A DNA stretch of 53,609 nucleotides from Spirogloea muscicola. Taxonomy: Eukaryota. Each line of letters starts with the position of its first letter. Positions within the stretch are counted from its first letter, which is position 1. The stretch covers positions 551,481 to 605,089 of the forward strand of contig WELB01000019.1 of the NCBI GenBank assembly GCA_009602725.1, read 5' to 3'. The notes below the pieces were generated by a model. That model was not told the DNA's origin. It made no database searches and saw only the letters and a list, made by a program, of their open reading frames with translations. A program made the position numbers and the translations under genes. Of the stretch, positions 21,448-33,968 are shown piece after piece.

Positions 21448-23744
21448 GGCGGCAGCTGGAGCTCCGGGGGAGGGGGCGGTTTCGACCAATGAAAATGGTT
21501 GGTCTCTCTAAGCTGACCCATCACTCCGTTCGTCCCTGGGCCTGAACAATGTAATGGCTTGAATTGGCCTCGCTTTAAATTCATGCGCACCGCGCGCCTT
21601 CTCTCTCTCCCTGGGCTGGCCAATGACAGCGCTTCCAGATTGACTGGTGGCTGTGAGAGGCCAGCCCAAAAAGAACGGACAAGGTCGGGAGGGGCCGAAC
21701 GGCGCAAAAAAGCAATATTCTAATTGCTGAGACGGCAGCAAGGGGGCTCTTTTTCGGGCTGGTTGTTCCAGCCCCTATTCTCAATGGGCGAGCACTTTCT
21801 TCTCTGAGTAACCTCGAGCCAGTAAGTGCCTGTCAGAGTAACTAGGGCAAGTCAGAGTAAGCATCAGGCGGATAGACGTAGAATAATTGACAGCCATCGC
21901 CATCTACTGGAGTTTGTGTTTAGCTATGTAATTCTCTTTTCGGTATCTTTTCAGGTTCCCTAGATGTTGTCCATTCTTTTAGGGCTGGCCTCTGCCAGCC
22001 CCTCCTCTGTGGAAATATTCCGTGTATAACAAATGTAGGCCAAATGGCCAAATACAAAGGCAATCACATCTAAAGAAGTACATAACCTACAGCAGATTGA
22101 CCCGCTCAATAACCACGGGTCAAAATATAAAGGTCACTTATCGATGCATGAATACTAGATGCCAGAAACGGAGCCCTTCTGCACCAATTAGAGCTCGCCC
22201 AGCTTTCTGGTGCAAGGTACTAGCCTGAGCGCGCTGCAAACAGGCCGAAACTCGTCGCAAGAGCGACAGATATGCAGCTGGCAAGCCATCTCAGCCGGAG
22301 ATACATCTGCACGTCGAGTGTAGCCTAGATTGGCAATGTTTTGAAGGAGAGTGTGGAAACAAGGACCCAGACAGCTCTAGATGTCGATTGCCGCTGGCAG
22401 GAGCTGGTCGCATTGGGGGGAATCGGAGTAGGGCCGCAGTTTTCTTTGTTCTGCACCGCCCACTGCATGCCCAGCGATGTGTGTCGATGCTGGGCCCTTA
22501 TATGCCTCCGTAACAACAACGTCGACCAGGGTCCGTGGTCCTCTATGGGGCGCGACATGTTTACTGGAAGAGTCTTCCTCTAGCACTTTCTTCTTCTAGG
22601 CTGACGTCTCACAGAAGACTTTCTCTCTAGTCTCTTACAGCCAATGCCTTGAATAAGCCGCCGTACACACTTGAGCAAGCCGTGCTATGGCCGCCGCCTC
22701 TGAGTCTCGGCGGAGTGCCTCTCTCCCTGCAGCGAGCTACTCAGACCTGATGTTGCTCACTCGCGGGTACTGAGCTTCCCTCTGCAACGTCGTTTTTGTA
22801 GTGTAGTCCTTTTCCGGCTCCTCCTTCTTTGGCTTTGGACATTGTCCATTCTTTTTGGGCTGGCTTTGCCAGCCCATCTTCTTCATGGGCAAGCACTTTC
22901 TTCTTCTAACTTAAGAGAGCACTTCTCTTCTCAAAGGGAGAAGGGCTCGCCCATTGAGGATAGGGTTGGGAGAAGCGAGCCCAAAAAGGTCTGGACAAAG
23001 TACGAGAAGGGGCCAGCTGCATGTTTGTCGTTCTTGCGATGACGAGATTCAGCCTGTTTGCAGCGTGTTCAGGCTAATGCTTTGCACCAGAAAGCTGGGC
23101 GAGCTCTAGTTGGTGGCAGAAGGGCTTCGTATCTGACATCTAGTATCCAGGCATGATTAGTGACCTTTATGTTTTGACCCCTGGTTACTGAGCGGGTCAA
23201 TCTGCTGTAGGTTATGTAGGTCTATAGATGTGCTTGCCTTCGTATTTGGCCATTTGGCATTCGTTTGTTTCAACTACACGATATTCTTGGCCAGGGGAAG
23301 CACTAAGCAGCTCGCTGCACTAAGGAAAACAAGCACGAAGGCTCGCCCATTGAAATAAGGGGCTGGACAAAGCAAGCCCAAAACCGAATGAACAAAGGAC
23401 GAGAAGGGGCCAGGGGAAGCACTAAGAAAAAATCAGCACAAAGAGAAACTGAGTAGCTACGAAGCACTCAGTAACCCCTGCTAAACAACCACAGGTTAGA
23501 GAAACGGGGTTCCTGGAAGCGGGTCCCCTGGCCGGCAGAGCACAAAGCACAAAGGTGCAACGCCCTCGCTGCTGCCTCAGGCTCCGGCCAGGGGACCCAC
23601 TTCAACGAGCCTAGCCTCTCCAACCTGCGGCTGCTTAGCAGAGGTTACTGAGTGATTCTCCTGTAGCTCTTTGGATGTGTCCATTCTTTTTTGTGCTGGC
23701 TTCTGCCAGCCCCTCTCTTCTATGGGCGAGCTTTTCCTGCTCTC

Positions 23745-23990
23745 CCAGCACGCAGGTGCAGCGCGCGGGCCATAGACTTCTGCAGCGAGACGGCCAAGCG
23801 CACGCGGTACACCTGCGCTAGCGACCCAGCTGCATGGAAGTCCACCAGCTCCCCATGGAAGCGGCGGACGATGGCACAGCGTGAGAGCTGGTTGAGCAGC
23901 TCGAGCCACCGGGCGCCCAACGCCCCGTGCGTGTCGATGGCGAGCGGGAAGCATTCGTCTTCCCGCGGGTGATCTGCGTGTTTGAGCTCC
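23745..23990 (-). mobile_element. RLE-domain fragment of a diverged CRE-like copy
   Basis: KELKHADHPREDECFPLAIDTHGALGARWLELLNQLSRCAI...AAGSLAQVYRVRLAVSLQKSMARALHLRAG aligns to KEKKYADHPVGDEFAALAIDVHGAFGSRWLDLLQ... of the intact ORF. Confidence 0.85.
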
Positions 23991-24435
23991 TTTGTCAGAT
24001 TTGTTTGTGCTCACCCGTGGGTACTACTGTCATCTTAGGTACCTTAGATTAGGTCTCCGTATTATGTAGCATTGTTTAGTCTGCACTCGACTCTGCCTGA
24101 ACAATGTATTGGCTTGAATTGGCCTCCCTTTCAATTCATGCGCCCCGCGCGCCTTCTCTCTTGGCCCGAGCGGCGCGGCTACCACATACCCAGCCTCGGT
24201 GGCACACTGGGCTGGGTCGTAGGTTCTGTCCTCTCCTCCATTTCATTTCATGCGCCCCGCGCGCCTTCTCTCTCTCTCGTCTTTGGTTTGTTTCAAATAC
24301 ACGAATCCTCTCTCTTCTCTCTGAGCTGTGCTCACCAGAAGCATCGTGCAGCGGCCTGACGACCTTGCGCGGACTACCCCTCCCTGCCACTAGTTAATGC
24401 GGCCGCGCTTGCTTTCCCTGCCCCAGGGTGCTGGA

Positions 24436-24930
24436 GGTGGTGACAACTTGTGACAACTGACTGCTTTGACTCCGCCAATCCCACCAGATCGGCGTCGTTT
24501 GCAGGGCACGCGGTCGGCCACGCGGCCCGGGGGAAGGAGCGAAAGTATACCGACCACCCGCTTGGCGATGCATTCGCGGCCCTGGCGATTCATGTGCACG
24601 GGGCCTTCGGCAGCCGCTGGCTGCATCTCCTCCAGCGGCTTGCCCGTCAGGCCATTGATCGGCGGCCGGGTCTGCCAGGAGCGCTGCCCAGCTGCAACGC
24701 CGCCGGTTCGCTTGCATGAGTCTTCCGCATGCGCCTGGGGGTATCGCTTCGACGTTCCCTTGCCCACGCCGGCCACGCGCGCAGGCCGTGCTATGGCCGC
24801 CGCCTTCTGGATCTCGGCGGAGTGCCTCGTTCCCTGCAGCCAGCTGTTCCGACCTGATGTTGCTCACTCGCGGGTACTGAGCTTCCCTTTGCATCGTCGT
24901 GTGTTTTCTGCCGTGGGATGTAGTGTAGTC
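24436..24930 (+). mobile_element. Decayed 3' part of subfamily A, closely related to 41890-42340
   Basis: TTDCFDSANPTRSASFAGHAVGHAARGKERKYTDHPLGDAFAALAIHVHGAFGSRW..., with internal stop/deletion, ending SDLMLLTRGY*. Confidence 0.9.
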
Positions 24931-27890
24931 TCATTTCGGCACCTCTTTCTTTGGCGACGTCGAGTTTCGGCCTGTTTGCAGCGTGCTCAGGCTAGTGCCT
25001 TGCACCAGAAAGCTGGGCGAGCTCTAGTAGGTGGCAGAAGGGCTCCGTTCCTGGCATCTAGTATTCATGCATTGAGTAGTGACCTTTATGTTTTGACCCG
25101 TGGGCGGGTCAATCTGCTGTAGGTTATGTAGATTTTTAGATGTGCTTGCCTTTGTACCAGGCCATTTGGCCTACATTTCTTTCTAATACACGATCTTTTT
25201 TTGGCACTGGACATTGTCCGTTCTTTTTGGGCTGGCTTTGCCAGCCCCTCTTCTTTATGGGCGAGCAGTTTCTTTCTGCTGGAGGCCTCCGCCACATTCG
25301 ACACCGGCGTCATGGGGAGCGCGGCGGCCCACATGCGACGGACGAAATCCAAAGAGCCAAAGAAGAAATTACTCGCTCGAAAACGATGCCGAAAACAAAA
25401 GCTACACAGCTAGACACGAGACAACGCAAAGGAAAGCTCAGTACCAACGAGTGAGCAGCAGCAAGTCCGAGTGACTCGCAGCCGGAAAAGAGGCACTCCG
25501 CCTAGATCCTGAGGCAGCAGCCATAGCGCGGCCTGCATGCGTGTACACAAGAATTTGTTGGTGGTCAGACGTTCACTGCCATCGCCGTAAATTGGAGTGC
25601 TGTTTCTCCTCCGGGGTGCGTCCAAGAGCGGGCTCCTCGGGAGGGAAGGAAGACTCTTGAATAAGGAACAGCTCTGCCAATCTGGGTCAATTTCTGTATG
25701 TTATGTAGGTCTTAAGATGTGCTTGCCTTTGTATTTGGCCATTTGGCCCTCGTTTGTTTTAAAAACACGAAATTCCTCTGCCAACTTATGGCAATGGCTG
25801 TAAGAGAAGAAGTGGCTCTCCCAATGGGGGCAAGGGCTGTGAGAGGCCAGCCTGAACAAGGTCCGAAGGGCCGAAAGGCGCCAAAAGCACACAGCTATGC
25901 AAGATACTACAGCAAACGGGAGCAAAGCAAAAGCTGCCTCCTTATGTAAGAGGCACCTTTTGGGTCCAATGATAAGCAACGGCGGGCTTGTCAACATCAG
26001 GGTCCTGCCTACGGCTAATGTCACTAGAAGCTATCATTAGGCCTTCGAATTACTGTTGTGCAAGAGACACAGCTGCAAACAATGCTCTTTGAAGATGGCG
26101 GTGGTCGTGAAGGGCCAGCTCAGAACATGGACAAAGGCTCGAATTGAAGCCTTGGTATGAATGGAGAAGCCACTCAATGGTAAAAGTGGCTGCAATCGAT
26201 GGCAACCAGGACAGCCGCAAGTCTGAATGAGTAGCAGCAGCAATAACGTATTTCCCCAACTAGGGGGCGACTTGCAAAAGGCCCGGTCAACAAGCTTAGA
26301 AGAGGTCCAAGAGCCAGCGCCACAGACAATCCACACATTGCTTGCACGAAATGTGGCGCCCAGCGACATTGACGTCATCACGCCAGGCGGTGGCCCGCCC
26401 ATCATCGCTGATGTGGTGACATTGGACCGACCTCGAGTGCAGCTTGCGCCATGGCGCGACGGCCTCTGTTTACTGTCCTTCATTCTGGCCTGCCCTACCC
26501 CATCCACGGGGACGATATCAAATCGGAGTGCAGTGCCGGGGTAAGGACGGCTGGACAGATGCTTTAAGAGGCTAGGCACCTCATCCGGCGGACTGTGCAG
26601 ATAGGTACTCTTGCTTGAGCGTAAGAAGGTGCAAAATTGGAGTCGTGGCGCTAGACAGCCTGGAACTGGTGCAAGAAGCGGCAATGAAGGGCAAGTGTCG
26701 TGGTACACCCTTGGTGGCAGACCATTGGTGACAAGAACCGGGGTTGTGTGAAATACTCTTCTGAGGGCGGAGATGAATCCCTTGAGAACTGGAGTTGCGG
26801 CCAAAATGCCGTGAGCTTGGGGTGCAGGGGTACTGAGAGCCCGGGAGAAGAAAGACTCTTCCAGTAGAGGGCGACGGATGTGAATCGCCAGCCCAAACAT
26901 AGAGAGCCCGGAACGCTCTATACGGAGACTGTGATAAGTCGTGATGACATTTGTTGCTACAGTGAGCTTCGGCCACAATCTCCCAAGTTCTCTTGCTTGG
27001 CCGCGCTCTTGTGCTTCCTAATCCGCTCGTCCTTCTTACACGCCGCCTCCTCTTCGGACCTTTTCCATTACTTTTGAGCCGGCCATTAGCAGCCATCGAC
27101 CCTTTGAACAGTTTCTCTTCCCTTCAGAGGAAGCGCCATATTCATGACCGTGAGCAAGTTGGGAAAGAAGCTCATTCAAGAGGAGGCGTACTCCACGAAA
27201 GGCAAGCGCAGAAGTTGGACATAGGTGATCTCGGTACCGAAACTCACAAACCACAGGGTATCAAAGCTTAGGCTTTCAAGAAAGGCGATGGCTGTAAGAG
27301 GCCAGCCCCAGAGGAATGAACAAGAGTGTGACGAGTACGAGTGAGCGACCAGTGGAGCGGCTTTTTGTTGGGGCAGCACCATTCGGTAGCCCACGGGCAG
27401 CCCAGTCGGTAGCCAAGAGAGGGAGAGAAGGCTTCTTAGCGCTTCCTCTGGCTTCCTCTGGCCCCCTTCTCGTTCTTTGTTCATTCTTTTTTGGGCTGGC
27501 TTGTCCAGCCCCTATCCTCAATGGGCGAGCCCTTTCTTCGAAGGCGCGCGGTGCGCATGGAAATAAAATGAGTATCTTACAAAAGTCCAGGTAACGGGGC
27601 AACGAGCTGGCTAAGGGGGACACTAATATCATCGAGTGATCACATACAAATCTGACAAGCTAAGCTCGGGTGAAAGCCAAGTGGCATAAGATGTCAACGC
27701 GGTCACGCCCACGTGGGAGACCAAGAGGACGTTTCTAAAGATCACGGCAGCTGGGCTCGTTGCAAGACAGGCAAGAGCCACTAACATTGACGTCGGTAAT
27801 TGAACGGCCGGCCGCCACGGCCCCAGGGCGCGGCAGTCCAATACCAGCAAGCTGGAAGAGCCCCCCCCCCCGAGCTTCACTAGCGCCGCC

Positions 27891-30800
27891 ATGGCGCCCC
27901 CCCTCCGCCTCCCCAGCGCCGGGCCGCCGCGGCGCGCGCTATCGCTGGCTGCCTGCCTCGCTGCCGCCGTGGCCCTACTCGCGAGCGCCGCGCAGGCCGA
28001 GCAGGTGATCCCCCTTCGGCGCCTCCTGCCCCGCACCGCGCTCTTGGCTCTTGCGCCAACTGTAGGCCTCGTGCACAGCGCGCCCGACGACTTGCGATAA
28101 TGATGGTGATATCGTCGCCGATGCCGAGTGGCTTCAGGGCTTCTGCAGCGGAGCGGGACCGGCCGTCCAGGAGGTGCTGGCCTCGCCCACGGCGGCGTCG
28201 CGGCTCCTCATCCGCGGCGGCACCGTGGTGAATGCGCATGGCCAGCTCGACGCCGACGTGTACGTCGAGGACGGGGTGATCTCCGCCGTCGGCCCGGGCA
28301 TCCAGGTGAGCTTTGCGCACCTCCTGAACACGTAAATCCGGCCGTCGTGGCGACGAGGCCATGGCAATGGGAGTGCTTGCTTCCGTAAGCACCGGTTGGA
28401 AAAGCTGCTAGAAGGCTTGGAATGGCTTCACTCTGCACCGGCTATCACGTCACCTACTGTTCTCAGTGGTGTCGCAGGTGCCGGAGGGCACGAGGCTAAT
28501 AGATGCAGCCGGCAAGTACGTGATGCCAGGTACATTCTCCTCCGCACATTCTCCATGCAGCCGTTGCCTCACACAGCCGGTCACCGGACAGTGTACAAGG
28601 CAGATGGGGCAGTGGAACTTCAGGGTCAGTGACTTTGGGATGCTGCAAATGGCCAACTTGACAAAACCCCTGTTAAGGCTGACTTTTTACTGGCCAAGAA
28701 GTCCTGCTGGAACGTGGCGAGCTTGTCTAATTTGGACCGAGGCGCTCGTGTCAGGCGGGATCGACCCCCACACGCACCTCGACATGCCATTCATGGGGAC
28801 GTCGACCTGCGACGACTTTTACAGCGGCCAGGCGGCTGCCTTGGCCGGCGGCACGACCATGCACATTGACTTTGCCATGCCGATTGATGGTGACGCCCTC
28901 AAGGGCTTTGAAGAGCACAGGAAGAAGGCCAAGAAAGCCATCATGGACTACGGCTTCCACATCGCCATCAACGGCTGGAGCGGCAAGATGAGCCTCGACA
29001 TGGAAGAGCTGGTCAGGCAAGGTGACCCTCCTTTATGATGTGATTGTGTGGAAAGGGTTGAAGAGACTGCAGTCACACCTACAACTAATTCTCTCAGTCA
29101 CCTGCTAAGGCTGGCCCATGATGCACCTTGTGCCCATTGCCACTACTTGGACGACAGGCGTAAACTCGTTCAAGTTCTTCATGGCGTACAAGGGCACCCT
29201 GCAAGTCACTGACGAGCAGCTGCTGGCCGGGTTTCAGAAGTGCAAGGACCTTGGCGCCATTCCTCAGGTGTTTAGCTCCATCTTTGGTCGGCCAGCAGCC
29301 AACCAGTGGCCATTGTTAGCTTGCAGTCGAGAATGTTTTTTCATGCTGCGGTTTTAAGTAGAGTTGAATCTTGTGTTGGGTTAACTCCGATTATATCAAT
29401 CTGCAGGTACATGCAGAAAATGGTGATGCAGTGGTCATGGGACAACAAAGAATGATTGAACTGGGCATCACTGGGCCCGAGGGACACGCTCTTTCTCGAC
29501 CCGCTGTGGTATTCACTGAGAGCATCATCAGACTCTGAGAAACCTTCAAGCCAGCTTACACTCGAGCGAGGACTCCTCTGCCACAGGATCCTGAGCCTGC
29601 CTGTTCTTGCTTAATTTCCTGGTCCATAATTGAGCGGCAGTTTGATACCATGACTTTTCCGCCCTGTTGAGTCTGCAGCTAGAGGGAGAAGCAACGGCTC
29701 GAGCCATTCGCCTGGCCAAGTTTGTGAATGTGCCCCTATATGTGGTCCACGTCATGAGCATTGATGCCTTGGAGGAGGTTGCTAAGGCACGTCTGGCAGG
29801 TGCATAAGTCAGACTTGCACCAATATGATGTTTTGTTAAGCTGACTGCATGTCTAGCCCTGCAAAAAGCTCAGCATCTGCGAGTGCAGATCACATGTGCT
29901 GAAAATACTCCGTACAATTAGAAGGCTTTGCGAAAAATTGAGCTACGAAACACTGCAGGACAACGCGTGATTGGCGAGCTCGTCATCTCTGGTCTTGTCC
30001 TTGACGAGTCGTACATCTGGAACACCGACTTCAAAAAAGCTGCTCAGTATGCTACCAGCAGAGCCCAGCCTGCATTGCTGTAGCAAACTGCTATGCCCCA
30101 ACTATGACTGTCGGCGCTGAGCAGGATAAATCTCTTTTTATGTTCCTTGGCTTCTTGAAACTAGGTATGTGATGAGTCCTCCTATACGTGGAGCTGAACA
30201 TGGCAAAGCACTTCGAGCGGCTTTGGCTGGTGGCATTCTTCAGGTCAGATTCTGGTTTTACTCTTCTGAAGCTCTTCACTGCATTTCCAGTTACCATGGC
30301 ACCTTATTCCCATGTCAGATATATTTCATAAGCACTTTGAAATGCGATACAAGATGAGTCTCTAACTCTTGGTTTTGTGCAGGTAGTGGGGACAGATCAC
30401 TGCCCTTTCAACTCCAGCCAGAAGGCCATGGGAAAAGACGATTTCCGCCTGATTCCCAATGGCGTAAATGGTATTGCTATCTAACACCATCTTTGCCTCT
30501 TTGCCACCGGACAGCTTGTGTAGCTTCTCCACCTTACACATCCCTGACCTATAAATCTGAAGTTCTTGATAATTAAGAATGTATTTGGTACCTCCAATTT
30601 TGGCCACGACCATAATGTGAGCTATCAGCCGTCCATTGGTGTGACCAGGAATTTCTGAGCGCATGATCATTACATGGGACGCTATGGTGGTAAGGGGAAG
30701 GCCTTGCATGTGAGGCATTGTTTCATGTGAAAACTATACAGTCTGTTGTACGTCACGATTACTTGATGTACCTCACCTTCACTCTGCATCGCCTCTCTCA

Positions 30801-31509
30801 CGTACTTCTCCTATCATTCCTGCAGAACTCTGGATTGGTAACGCCTTCAGATTTCGTGCGTATGACTAGTGCTGCTTGGTAAGGACATGATGGGAGAATC
30901 TATGCAAAGACTGGAAGCAAGCAGGCACTCCTTGAGGTGCAAATTGTGAAGAATGTTCAGTTTCTGACTCGCTGTTTTACAAGCTGTGCAAGAAGTAAGA
31001 CTGATGCAAGTGTTGCATGCTGTAGCGCTCAGATTTTCAACATTTATCCCCAGAAGGGCCTCATTGCGCCCGGCTCAGATGCTGACATCATCATCTTGGA
31101 CCCCAACAAGACGACCACAATGTGGGATGTTACATTACATTCTCAGATGGACACGAACATCTACGCTGGCTGGAGCATGAAGGTGCGGCTTACAATACTG
31201 GTATCAGTTGCATTAAACGGACGCCGCGTAGGAAGCGCTATAAACATCTTCAAGGTCTTCATTGGCCTCTCGGCATCAAATAAGTAAGACTCTGAATACC
31301 TGGTGCAGGGCAGTATCGAGGTGACTGTGAGCCAAGGCAAGGTTGTGTGGGAGAAAGGACAGCTGAGTGTGACCGAAGGTACAGGGCGGTACATACCAAT
31401 GCCAACATTCGGTCATCTCTACGACGGCCTCGACAAGCTGGATACTGAGCTGCTGGAGCTGTATAGGACCCCTGTGTCACATACGGGAAGGACTCCATCA
31501 AATGTATGA
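27891..31509 (+). CDS. PYD2: Dihydropyrimidinase (amidohydrolase), ~14 exons, N-terminal signal peptide
   Basis: [117 protein letters not shown]. Confidence 0.96.
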
Positions 31510-31588
31510 AGCCATGGGTCCAGGCCAAAGCTGAATGCTGAGCTGCTGCAGCTGTATAAGACCCCTCGATCACCCCACAGGCTGGTGA

Positions 31589-32100
31589 TCAAGTCCAGTG
31601 CAGTTGAACAGCTGACCTAGCACTGGACTTGGCCTTGGTGTCATTTGCAGCTAATTGTTGTGTCAGCTGTTCAACTTGTACCTGCAACTTCTGCAGTTGG
31701 TCGCCTTCAACACGGCCAACATTAGATGAAGAATTCTCCATTCCCAATGACTTCTTGTTATGACATGATTGGCATGATGGCATAATGGCATCTTGTCAGG
31801 GTGTTTCTTCCAGCACTGAGACTCCTGATGACCCGTCCTTGCGCAATGAGTGCATGTTGCACCTGCAGTCTGGTGATGAGAAGCACCATTCTTAGAGATG
31901 TGACCTACTTTTCCACAATTGTGACAACTTACGACAGGTCGAGGAACATACTGGCCCTGTCGAGCATCCTGCACCTCAGATGTGTCAGGAAGTGCCACAT
32001 GTGCTGTGTGATGTCTTGAACAAATCTTCTTCATAAAAGGAACAACAGCATCAACCTTCTTATTAATCCCGCAGAGGAACCTGATGCAGCAGAAAATCGA
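31589..32100 (-). mobile_element. Decayed LTR-retrotransposon gag fragment with two zinc knuckles
   Basis: CHNCGKVGHISKNG (degenerate) and CTHCARTGHQESQCWKKHP (CX2CX4HX4C); frameshifted; no pol or LTRs seen. Confidence 0.65.
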
Positions 32101-32449
32101 TCATCTAAGCTCGATAAGGTGGAATCTGTAGACTCCTTCTCCAGTAGGACCTGATAAACATCATCTAGGTCATAGCTACATAGTCAAATTTCAAGCCTTC
32201 TGGACTTGTTCACGTGTTGTGATCTTTGACAACAGACAGCAACTGTTATTGTTGGCCTCTTATCAGACTGTCCTTCATGACAGCTGGTCAAGGTAGCCAA
32301 TAGCGTCGTTTGGATTGTGCACCTCGTAGGGTAATACGTCAGCATTTGTCTTCATCTAGGCTCATCGACCCCATTGCACATCGACTACCTTGCGCATAAC
32401 AGGGCCAAAAGCGTTATTTTAAAGTGGGGTAGGATGAATCACTTGATAA

Positions 32450-33530
32450 CTACGAGTGAGGATCCGCAAATTGGAAAGTTTGGAAAACACTAAAACACAC
32501 AGTGGCTGTGAGAGGCCATCCAAAAGAATGTAACAAGGTTAGAAAGAGAATTGCTCGCCCACAGAGGGTAGGGGCTGGGAAAGGCCAGCCCAATAAGGTT
32601 TGGAAAACGTCCAAAGAGCCAAAGGGTGCCGGAAAGGAAACCCACACAGCTAGACACTACACGACCCCAGAAGGAAGCTCAGTACCCACAGGTGAGCAGC
32701 AGCAAGTCCGAGTAACTAGCAGCTGGGAAAGAGGAAGGGCTCGCCCATTGAGGATAGGGGCTGGGAAAGCACTCCGTCGAGACCCAGAGGCAGCAGCCAT
32801 AGCGCGGCCTGCGCGCGAGTGGACTGCTTGAGCCAGGGACAGCCAGAAAGGGCAGGAATGCGAAACTACTCTCCGTGACTTCTTTCACTAACGGAGAGTA
32901 GCTCCGTGTTTCTGGACACCTCCCAGCCACCGCCCTCTCATGGAACGTCCTTCTTCTCGTGGACACCTTCCACCCCCTCACCCTTGGTCATTCCGTTTCC
33001 TAGGCTGGCCTCTCACAGCCTCACACTGGAAGAGCACACACTGGGCTGGCTTTTCCAGCCCCTATCCTCAATGGGCGAGCAATTACCTCTTACACTTACT
33101 GCGCTTCCCCCGGCCCCCTTCTCGTACTTTGTTCATTCATTTTTGGGTTGGCTTTTCCAGCCCAAATCCTCATTGGGTGCGCCCTTTCTCTCACTATTCC
33201 TTTTTGCTGGGCACTGGTCAACATCAAGTAATGTAGGTCAGACTTGGGTCAACGCAGTGGCGTGGAAACGGTGCCGCCGGCAGAGCGCACGTGGGCCCGG
33301 CTGCAGCCGCCGCACGCGCGCGCGCGGGGCGCGTGCGCACCCTCGCCCGCGCGTGACCGGGGGATACCCTCCCTCTCCTTCAAGAAAGAAGAAAAAGCTT
33401 GCCCATAGAAGAGAGAGGCTGGCAGAAGCCAGCCAAAAAAGAATGGACAAAATCCAAAGAGCTACAGGAGGAATCACTCAGTAACCTCTGCTAAGCAGCC
33501 GCAGGTCGGAGAGGCTAGGCTCTCCTTCCC
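32450..33530. mobile_element. Island of CRE-like 3'-end remnants
   Basis: 32540-32830(-) ends ...FPAASYSDLLLLTCGY*; hairpin motifs at 33042-33080 and 33130-33183(+); 33385-33525(-) PSLSDLRLLSRGY* with 3' UTR nearly the same as 23610-23735. Confidence 0.8.
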
Positions 33531-33583
33531 TCTCTTCATTTCTTCATACACACTCACTCCTCTTACACACTCTCTCTCCCCCT

Positions 33584-33968
<385 letters not shown>

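Larger units (their letters stand above)
21520..27790. mobile_element. Island of nested, 5'-truncated CRE-like retroelement remnants in both orientations
   Basis: Repeated ORF termini and 3' UTRs. A: 22655-22905(+), 24436-24930(+), 25385-25545(-). B: 22017-22270(-), 23040-23290(+), 24950-25200(+), 25698-25780(+). C: 21540-21609(+), 23992-24162(+), 27540-27700(-). D: 23340-23575(-), 23560-23735(+). RLE fragments: 23745-23990(-), 26360-26480(+). Confidence 0.85.

Noticed and set aside
23229..23260. gtgcttgccttcg resembling the U6 snRNA 5' end
   Set aside because: No ACAGAGA box or further U6 similarity; it is the subfamily-B 3' UTR
21750..27540. Recurring palindromic motif as a CRISPR array, REP element or MITE termini
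   Set aside because: Irregular spacing, both orientations, eukaryotic context and no cas genes; the motif maps to the retroelement 3' UTR
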